DNA of 64,000 bases from Octopus vulgaris (lineage: Eukaryota), in the NCBI GenBank assembly GCA_951406725.2, contig OX597839.1, positions 39,122,001 to 39,186,000 of the forward strand. The letters run 5' to 3'. The notes under the pieces are model-generated. The model ran no database searches. It was given only the letters and a program-made list of their open reading frames with translations, and was not told the DNA's origin. The stretch's first letter is position 1; each line of letters opens with the position of its first letter. Shown piece by piece: positions 54,483 to 64,000 of this stretch. The position numbers and the translations under genes are program-made.

Positions 54483-54545
54483 TGGGGTTACCCTGGGTTT
54501 CTCGCCCATAAGGGGTTTAGCCCTACGGTGTATCTTCAGACCCCA
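54483..54545 (-). ncRNA. Minimal type-I hammerhead ribozyme with perfect core
   Basis: Minus strand: TGGGGT-CTGAAGA-T(ACA CCGTA GGG ctaaac CCC t TATGG GCG)A-GAAA-CCCaGGG-TA-ACCCCA. Predicted cleavage after GUA, between 54489 and 54488. Confidence 0.8.
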
Positions 54546-54764
54546 AACACTGCTGGCCTGAGACCACTTTAAAATATGGAGGGAGAAAAGCCTTGTTTTA
54601 AGGTGATTATCTCCCTTTGCCATTGTCCATCGATCTCCGGCCGCGCCGCTATCTTGCGGTCACCAAAGCACCGTGTAGGTTAACGGTTGCCTCCCTTCGG
54701 CCTTGGCTATTGGTTTCTAGCTGTAGTGCTGCTCTGCGGATTCCAAAAATCAAGTAGGAATTTA

Positions 54765-54819
<55 letters not shown>

Positions 54820-54917
54820 GTACATATAATGGTGGTAATAGGTATGTGCATTATAGTGGCAGTGGAGATATACATATGCACATATAATGGTGCCATAGGA
54901 TATATGATGGAGTTAGT

Positions 54918-54962
<45 letters not shown>

Positions 54963-55478
54963 GTGGTTGTTGCTACATGTGCATGCACACGTGTGAGAGA
55001 AAGAGAGAGACAGACAAACAGACAAAGTGTGTGCGCATGTGTATGTGTCAAAAACGTTGTGATAATCCAGTCGGCCACTGACGAAGGGAATGTTCCGCAC
55101 CACAAGCAGTGTAGTAGAGAGAGAGAGATAAATAAAACATAAAATAGTAATTATAAATCGCCCTGAGCCAGTGTGTGACATGTAATACTGTTTGATAAAT
55201 GTTGATAAATTTAAAATGTCTGATGTTACCATCTATCATAGGTGATTTTTCTTAATAGCTCTCCTTTACACACACACACACACACACACACGCATATAAA
55301 CGTAGACACATGAATTCATACATACTTAAAATCTTATATACAAATATATGGAAGAGTTATACGTACACATCCACCTATACATACATAATACAAACACATA
55401 CATACATGCATGCATGCATACATACATACATACATACATACATACATACATACATACATACATACATACATACATACA

Positions 55479-55509
<31 letters not shown>

Positions 55510-56078
55510 GGATACAGACAAAAATATTTATACGCACACACATAAATATATGTGTTCGTGTGAGTGTATATATGTATGTATTCTTGTATTATATATAGCA
55601 TGTATATCATATATAATTGTATCTGTCAACTATGTACAAATCTTTCTATATTTTCTCTCTCTTCCTGTCTTTATACATACACACGAATACACATATATTT
55701 GCATACACATGTGGATATAAATATGAGTATACATATGAGTGTGTGTGTGCATGCATATGATTACATATAAATACATACACCACCATGTATGTATATCCTA
55801 TATACATATATATGTGTGTGTGTGTGAGCATGTATATGTAAGGCGAAGTGTATGTCTGTCGTGGTGGCGGAGTTAAGTGATGCACTCCAAATGAAATTGA
55901 CTAAAATCTAATGAAATAGACGATAAATGCATAAATGTAGCGATAGAGGGTTAGAGACTAAACGCAAAACAGTACGTGTGTATATGAGTGTATGTGTGTA
56001 TACATTTGTATGTATAACAATGATTTGTGTGAGTGTGTCTGTGTCTACGTATCTATTTATCTGACCACTCGTTCGTTC

Positions 56079-56122
<44 letters not shown>

Positions 56123-56149
56123 TTATCTCTCCGTTCGTCAATCTATATG

Positions 56150-56780
56150 TATGTTTGGCTATATGATAAGAAGCTTGCTTCCCAACCATATGGCTCCGAG
56201 TTCAGTCCCACTGTGCGACTCTTTGGGCCGGTGTATTCTACTATAGCTTCCTTCCTTCCTATCCGCTCAGTCGAAGTCGACTCTCGGTTACTCATTGGAT
56301 CAGTGTCCTCAAGTCAGTTCTATCCAGGGCCACTTCTTTCAGATTGGCTATGTCCATTCCGGTATCACTCTTGATGGTGTCAAGCCAGCGGGTTCTTGGT
56401 CGGCTTCTTCCTCTCTTGCCACTGACCATTCCGAGCATGATGTCCTTCTCCAGGGATCTTCTCCGCATAATATGACCGAAATATGCCAATCTATGCTTGA
56501 TGATCCTAGCTTCTAGCGACATTTTCGGCCTGATCTGCTTAAGAACTTCTCCATTGGTGATCCTCGCTGTCCATGGAATCCGTAGCTTAGGCCCAACAAA
56601 AGTTTGGGAGTGTATTTCGAACACGGAAACTAAAACAAGCTCGTCGACTGTGTGTTTGTTCTTGTGTATGTATTTGTCCCCCACCACCGCTTGACAACTA
56701 GGGTTGATTTATTCCATTAAACCCTTCAATGCCATCCGTAGTATGGTCGCAGTTCAATGACTGAAACAAGTAAAAGATAA
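56150..56780 (+). mobile_element. Degenerate SINE family A interrupted by an RTE fragment
   Basis: SINE A halves at 56150-56249 and 56583-56780. Confidence 0.75.
56250..56582 (-). pseudogene. 5'-truncated RTE/BovB-like LINE 3' end
   Basis: RIPWTARITNGEVL...LAYFGHIMRRRSLEKDIMLGMVSGKRGRSRPRTRWLDTI. (GGAA)n tail. TSD TAGCTT at 56244-56249 and 56583-56588. Confidence 0.92.
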
Positions 56781-56819
56781 ATTAATTGTATGTATATATA
56801 TGCGTATGTGTGTGTGTGT

Positions 56820-57033
56820 GTCAGGACACCATGATAGATCGTTAGCTACTACACGCATTTTTTTCTCTTCTTGTTTCTCTCCTTGTTTTTTTTTTCTGTG
56901 TATCTTTCTGTCGAAGAGCGTAGGCTCGAAACGTAAAAGACTTTTTTCTATTCCTGAGCGCTATACTAATACATTTGTTTGTTTGTACTCCACCTGCCTT
57001 CGTCTTTTGTTTATTTTCGTAAACTTTCCCTTT
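56820..57033 (+). mobile_element. Penelope-like terminal repeat, copy of 52835-53036
   Basis: Identical hammerhead-like motif at 56903-56940. Confidence 0.6.
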
Positions 57034-57383
57034 ATATAATTATAAATAAGGGCAAAAGAAAAAAAATTCTATGCCAATATGCTAAGAAATAGACTTTAAA
57101 GCGTCAATCACCACATACAATATACGTCATTATAAATATACGTCGTGTATTTCGGGATTGGTGACCACCCTAAGTTGTGATTCCTGACCGATTACACATG
57201 TTGAAGGCTTGCTACGGAATTTTATATTTAGATATATATGTGTATATATATCACGTGATCACGTGACCGACCAGTCCATCTTATGTGGTTACACATCGCT
57301 GGTCACAATGCGCTTCGCATTGTTTTAGCCTTCGAATGACGCCACCTCGCTGGTGAAAGCGAGCAGGCCAATATATGAGTATA

Positions 57384-57415
<32 letters not shown>

Positions 57416-57789
57416 GAAGCCAACGTTCCATTGATTAAACGACATTAATCTTGTTCAGTGTCCATTGCTCAGAATATCACTAGTATGACCACCCCTCAAA
57501 AGCATCGCTCTCAGCGAAACCACCACCGCCGCCGCCGCCACCACCCACCCTCCCTCCCTCTGTTCCATCCCAAAACGCATTCTCTCCTCTTTAATTTATC
57601 TCAATGACCAATATTTATTTACTTTCTCACCCCGCCCCCTACCTGTTGCTGTCAACCAATTTATTCACTGCGCCACAATCTCACACACCTGTCTTTGAGG
57701 ACCTGATGGCTATGGACACAGCTAAGATGAGTACAACCCTTTCCGCCTAACCAAACCAATAAAACAACAACAAGCAAAATCTACTAGTG

Positions 57790-58200
57790 TCATCATCATC
57801 ATTATCGTCATCATCGTCATCGTCATAGTCATCATCGTTATCATCATCATCGTCATCGTCATCATCATTATCGTCATCATCGTCATCGTCATCATCATCA
57901 TCGTTATCATCATCATCGTCATCGTCATCATCATTATCGTCATCATCGTCATCATCATCATCATTATCATCATCGTCATCATCATCATCATCATCGTCAT
58001 CATCGTCATCGTCATCGTCATCATCGTCATCATTCATCATCATCGTCATCGTCATCATCATCGTCATCGTCATCATCGTCATCGTCATCATCATCGTCAT
58101 CGTCGTCATCATCGTCATCATCGTCATCGTTATCATCATCGTCATCATCATCGTCATCATCGTCATCATCGTCACCATCATCGTAATCATCATCATCATC
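57790..58200. repeat. (CAT/CGT)n trinucleotide array
   Basis: Visible directly. Confidence 0.95.
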
Positions 58201-58671
58201 ACTGTTATCAAATATCACTCATTTCGTAATTCCTTTTGATTTTGCTTTAAACCACACCTTTCCCGCCCTTTGAATCTCTCTCTCTCTCTCTCTCTTTCAC
58301 TCACTGTCTGCCTCTCTTTCACTCCCTCCCCTGCTCTATTTCTCTACTCCAGTCTGTGTCTCTTTCTCTGACTCCCCTCTGTGTGTCTCTCTCTCTCGCT
58401 CTCTCATTCTTTTTCCTCCTTGTAGTACTCCAGCCTAGCTCTGTCACTCTTCCTCTTTATCTCACTTATATGTGCGTACGCGCGCACATATTTGCTTTCG
58501 TTTTTCTCATTTGCTGAAGAATCTGGAAGCCGCACTGCCCATAATCTTTGTAAGACCTACAACGAGTGTGTGTGTTTGTGTGTGTGTGTATGTGCGTGCG
58601 TGTCTGCGCGTGCGTGCGAATATGAATGAGGAACGGTAAAAGAGTATTCATTATCTATTAATATTATAAAA

Positions 58672-59231
58672 GCGGCGAGCTGGCAGAATCGTTAGCGCGC
58701 CGGACGAAATAATTAGCGGTAATTTCGTCTGCCACTACGTTCTGAGTTCAAATTCCGCCGAGGTCGACTTTGCCTTTCATCCTTTCGGGGTCGATTAAAT
58801 AAGTACCATTTACGCACTGGGGTCGATATAATCGACTTAATCCGTTTGTCTGTACTTGTTTGTCCCCTCTGTGTTTAGCCCCTTGTGGGTAGTAAAGAAA
58901 TAGGTATTTCGTCTGTCGCTACGTTCTGAGTTCAAATTCCGCCGAGGTCGACCTTGCCTTTCATCCTTTCGGGGTCGATTAAGTAAGTACCAGTTACGCA
59001 CTGGGGTCGATATAATCGATTTAATCCGTTTGTCTGTCCTCTCTGTGTTTAGCCCCTTGTGGGTAGTAAAGAAATAGGTATTTCGTCTGTCGCTACGTTC
59101 TGAATTCAAATTCCACCGAGGTCGACTTAGCCTTTCATCCTTCCGGGGTCGATAAATTAAGTACCTGTGATGCACTGGGGTCGAGGTAATCGACTGGCCC
59201 CTTCCCCCAAAATTTCAGGTCTTGTGCCTTT
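58672..59231 (+). mobile_element. SINE family B head plus three tandem units
   Basis: Units start at 58718, 58903 and 59077, with the same AAAGAAATA|GGTATTTCG junction as 7107-7705. The third unit ends in the alternative tail. Confidence 0.9.
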
Positions 59232-59309
59232 AATGTATTAGTATTTATAGAGATAGTTTTAGCGTTGAAATATTCAGTCTTACACCGAGTTTTATATCTG
59301 TCTGTCCGT

Positions 59310-59697
59310 AGGCGTAGGCATAGCCGTGTGGCTAAGAAGCTCGCTTCTCAAACACACGCGGTTTCGGGTTCACTCCAATTGCGCGGCAACTTGGGCGAGT
59401 GTTTTTTCTACCGTAGACTATGGTCGATTAAAGCCTTGTGGGTGAATATGGTATGCGGAAACTGTGGGAAATCTATCTATCTATCTATCTGCGTGTGTGG
59501 TTTTGATTTTGTCTCCTTCCCCACAGATTAACAACCGTTCTTGGTATCTTTACGTTAACCTAGTAGTTCGGCGTAAAAAACCAATACAGTAAGTACCAGA
59601 TTTATAAAAAGTCGTGGGGTCGATTTGTTCGACTAAACCCGTCAAGGCGATGCACCAGAATAGCCGTAGTCCAAGGATTGAAACAAGTACAAGACAA
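59310..59697 (+). mobile_element. Old, degenerate SINE family A
   Basis: Recognisable head and GGGGTCGATTTGTTCGACTAAA...GAAACAAGTA tail. Confidence 0.7.
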
Positions 59698-60603
59698 ATG
59701 ATCTCTCTCTCTCTCCTTTTATCTTTACTTTTTATTATGTTTTAGTATCACCTACGCCTCTCCCTTTCTATAACACTTCTTGTCCGTCTGTCTCTCTCCT
59801 CCTCTCTCTCTCTATCCTTTTCTCCACACTTTCACTGTATTTTCCACCACAATCGGAAAAACTACCACCACCAACTTCACCATCACCTCCGCCACCTTCG
59901 TCACCACTAAAATTTACAACTACAAAACACCACAACCATCGTCGCCACCGAAATAACACAACCACCGCTACCACCATCTTCACCACTACTTCCATCCATA
60001 CCACCACCACCACCAACCCCACCATAGCCACCACCGCAGTCTGTGCCAAATATATCAACACTACACCAACTCACCTATTCACTCAACTGAAGAAAATTAA
60101 TGATTTCACACGACTGACTGACGACACCACCGCCTCCACCACTAACATCGCCATCTCCACCGTCATTACGATTTCCACTGGTACCATCACCCCGCCACCA
60201 CCACCAATTACAACAACAACAACAGCAACACCGTCACTAATACGATCACCTTCTCCACCGCCATCATCACCACCAGCAGCACCATCATCTCCAGTGCACC
60301 AGCAATACCACAAACACCATCGCCACCACCAACACGAATGACGTCCATCGCCACCACTACCAGCAATCATACATGACATCACCAGCAGCACCACCACTGC
60401 CACTACCATCACGGTCTCCACTGGACACCATCATCACCAACAGCAACACCATCGGTACCAACACTGCCACCAAGAACAACAACATCAATATCACCAACAC
60501 TGCCAAAGCCAGTATCGACACCGCCACCACCACTATGACTTTGACGAGTGTCTGAGTCTCCCACTATCAATATAACATCATTATTATTAGTAACAGTAGC
60601 AGC

Positions 60604-60757
60604 AGTGGCTCTGTGGTAAGTATCTTGCTTACCAACAACATGGTTCCGGGTTCAGTCCCACTCCGTGGCACCTTGGGCAAGTGTCTTCTACTATAGCCTT
60701 GGGCCGACCAAAGCATTGTGAGTGGATTTCAAAGACGGAAACTGAAAGAAGCCCGTC

Positions 60758-60810
<53 letters not shown>

Positions 60811-61001
60811 CTTGTCGCCCCCAACATCGCTTGACAACCGATGCTGGTGTGTTTATGTCCCCATAGCTTAGCGGTTCGGCATAAGAGACTTATAGAATAA
60901 GTACTAGGCCTACAAAAAGTAAGTCCTAGGGTCGATTTGCTCGACTAAAAGGCGGTGCTCCAGCATGGCCGCAGTCAAATGACTCAAACAAGTAAAAGAG
61001 T
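60604..61001 (+). mobile_element. SINE family A
   Basis: Matches other family A copies. Confidence 0.92.
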
Positions 61002-61031
61002 AGCAGCAGTGATAACAGTAGTACTGTAATG

Positions 61032-61064
<33 letters not shown>

Positions 61065-61389
61065 ACCATCACCGCTGGGATAATGGTTAGTAGTGGTGGT
61101 GATTGTAAAGTGTGATGACGGGGTCTTATGGTTGTTGTTGTTGTTGGTGGTGGTGGTGATGGTAGTTTTGGCGGTGATAATGACTGTGGTCGTTGTTCTT
61201 GGTGGTTGTAGTACGGAGCAGCAGAGTGACTGAGTAACTAAATCTGCAGAGCACCGAACTAAACACACCATGATTGACATCAGGAAGCTCAATTTTCGGT
61301 GGAGTCAGCTTCTACTTTTAACCCACCCATCCATACTTGATAAAATAAGTACCAGTCGTTCCCACCACCACCACCACCACCAACACTAC

Positions 61390-62930
61390 TAGCGCGGTCT
61401 GATACAATTCTCGAGCTGTTGCGTGTGGACAGAAGGCTGAGAAAAGTCGTTTTCAGCTGATGGAATATCAGATGTTCTTAGCTGCTGTGTCGAGCGCGGT
61501 ACGATGCAAATCACCCGGGCTGGATAACCTTCCCTATGAGCTATATTTTCCGCATGCGAAAACTTATTCGTTCTAGTACTTAGCATCCGTCTACTGCAGC
61601 TGGCACTAGACTAGAAGCATTCCATTCAAGTGTGCTGAGGGACGGTGACACTGCTGAGGAAGGATCCATACAAAAGACAGCTGATAGAGAACTCTATGAA
61701 CTTTATTTCTGCTCAAGATAAGCTTAAAGATCTTTGCAAGAAGCTTGCGGTGTCCAAGAGGCTCGCGTTCGCCAGGAAGTTGGCACTTGGAGGTAGTGTA
61801 GTCGGAGACTCGAAAAACCATGTGATTTCCAGTAGATCAATCCAGGACAATTTCGATCTCTTGTGATAAGTTATTGAATGGTCGGGAATAAATCTGACTT
61901 TGGCGAGGCATTTTGCATTTTGGATGAATTGAAAGGATTCGATAGGGTGGATGATCACTATCTGGAAGCTATAAGAGCAATTCATCAGTACAATGTACAA
62001 TGGCATCTATTCGGTGGTCAAATTGAAAAGCCACTTTTCGGATTCATTTGGTATCGAACTCGTAATCCGTCAGTTCGGTGATTGTGTTGGTGGTCCTTGT
62101 TGTTACTGTGGTGAGATGGTGTAATGGTGACGTTGTTTTGATTCTGGGGCCATTGCTGCAGAAAATGGAAAGAGCGAGGAGTATCTAGTTCGAACTAGGT
62201 TAAAGGTGAACTGCCTAGACGAAGCCATTGTCATCGTGTTGGACATTTAGGATACAGAAGCGGTCGAAATTATAGTAGAAGAGTATCAAAATTATGCAGG
62301 AGCACGCATCAATTGGGACAAGTCAGTGGGGTAATAACTTGGCATTTGGAGAGACAATATCATGTTGCTCAGTGGCGGGTTCTCTTACTGGACCGAAGGC
62401 TCAGTTAAGGTGCCTGGAGTCTGATTTAGACGAAACTTCCAAGCAAACGAGAACCCGGGTGAGTTTGCTTCAAGGCAGCCAGTCACACTCAAAAATGGGC
62501 CGAGAGGAAGTTGTTTTCGAAAAGTCTAGCAGATGCTACTGTCTACCTACATCGCCACGTCTGTGTACTGTACCTAACCGTTGAATCTTGACCCAACGAG
62601 TATCTAAACAAACTAGAGCGAATGCATTTCTGCTTCATGTGGAAGAGACGTGTTCTGCTGGTTAAGAAGTCCATCTTCTACCAAAGCTCATTCCATGGTG
62701 ATCTCAGGATGCCTTTTATGATGATGCGTCGACACGCTCTGATGTTGATGCACCCGAAGAAATATCTGGCGCACAGCAATTTTCACGATAAGGACGAAAA
62801 TAATAGCAGACTGCCGTAGGCGACTTACGTGCGACACGTCTTGCTGCAGTTTTTTCTATTTAGTCGAGCTGCAAACGTGAATCAAACATAGATCGATGAG
62901 TGTTTGGCAACTAGAATGTTGTTAAGCTCT
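61390..62930 (+). pseudogene. Decayed Tx1/L1-like LINE reverse transcriptase region
   Basis: Motifs appear in order across frameshifts: KSPGLDNLPYELY, VTLLRKD, SRSIQDN, KGFDRVDDHYL, GARINWDKSVG, GDLRMP. Confidence 0.85.
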
Positions 62931-63047
62931 CCACAGAACTCGATCAGATGGACAATACCATCGGGTAGTGGTGGTGGAAGTGGGGTGGGGAAAACATCTC
63001 TTAATTTCCATCGAGAGTTCGTTGACGATATATTTCTAGCAGCTGAA

Positions 63048-63280
63048 GGCGGCGAACTGGCAGAAACGTTAGCACGCCGGGCGAAATGCGTAGCCGTATT
63101 TCGTCTGTCGTTACGTTCTGAGTTCAAATTCCGCCGAGATCGACTTTGCCTTTCATCCTTTCGGGGTCGATAAATTAAGTACCAGTTACGCATTGGGGTA
63201 GATGTAAACGACTTGATCCGTTTGTCTGTCCATGTTTGTCCCCTCTATGTTTAATCCCTTGTGGGCAATAAAGAAATATA
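63048..63280 (+). mobile_element. SINE family B with TSD ATATATTTCTAGCAGCT, followed by an older B remnant (63305-63445)
   Basis: Direct repeats at about 63028 and 63278. Confidence 0.9.
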
Positions 63281-64000
63281 TATTTCTAGCAGCTCTTTTT
63301 GCTATGAGTTCAAATTCCGCCGAGGTCGACTTCGCCTTTCATCCCTGCGTGTTCGATAAAATAAAATACTATTCAAATAACGTGATCGATGTCATCGACC
63401 ACCCCCTTCTCCAATTGTTTGTTTTGAGCTAAAATTTGAAACAAATATTATTATTATTATTATTGTTGTTGTTGTTATATCCTTGTTTTTTTTCCTCTTG
63501 ATCGTTGTAAATCTCACCTTTTGGGTTGCCTTTCGTCGTTTGATGTTGTACTCAGTCTCATGGGCCCTTGTGGCCAATAAAAGAAATTATTATTGCTCTT
63601 GTTGTTGTTGTTAAGGATAGTGGATATGCTATGCTATGCTATGCTGTTTCGAAACGGTGAATCTTCCGAACTGGCACTCAATATAGCTAATTTTGATTTT
63701 ATTTTTTTCTCTACTTCGATTATGTCATGTGGGATTGATCGTTTATCGATCTATGGATCTAACCTCAAAAACAAAAATTAAATCTGATCAAAATCGTTTG
63801 CTTGTGATTTTGTTTTTTAAAAAAAAAAAAAAAATGCTTTTCTCCATTTTCTTTCCTTTTCTTTTATTTATTACTTTTTTTTTATATCAAATAAATCGCA
63901 ATTAGTGTTAGACTCGGTCCTGTTGGTTAGTTCGAAGATTTATGGAGAGAAAGGTCGAGGTTAAATTAAGAATAAATTAAATGTCCTTTTCATGTATGCA

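Noticed and set aside
57722-58218. Poly-Asp and poly-Met ORFs resembling acidic biomineral proteins
   Set aside because: A pure (GAT/GAC)n array with a frame slip and no signal peptide or exon boundaries.
62882-63193. Recurrent ORF MRNWYLIYRPRKDERQS... in several places
   Set aside because: It is the antisense translation of SINE B, not a gene family.

Overview
AT-rich eukaryotic DNA saturated with repeats. The SINE families and microsatellite load look like a coleoid cephalopod (Octopus-type) genome; this is recognition from memory, not a database result. No intact host protein-coding gene can be supported, and almost all supplied ORFs are microsatellite or SINE read-throughs. The window is probably intronic or intergenic. 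It holds dozens of tRNA-derived SINEs (at least 4 families, labelled A-D here), decayed LINEs (Tx1/L1-like, RTE/BovB-like, R4/Dong-like), an internally deleted mariner, hAT- and Tigger-like MITEs, a Helitron and a Helentron-type element. Two structures stand out. First, there are several unrelated minimal type-I hammerhead ribozyme motifs in Penelope-like element ends lodged in (TA)n tracts; the best is at 54483-54545 (-), and some show recurrent core variants or inverted duplications. Second, one SINE forms head-to-tail multimers at two loci with an identical junction, joining its 3' end to the loop of its own tRNA-like hairpin, which suggests a circular or multimeric RNA intermediate. A candidate 9-nt microexon and two promoter-like islands hint at an unseen host gene.
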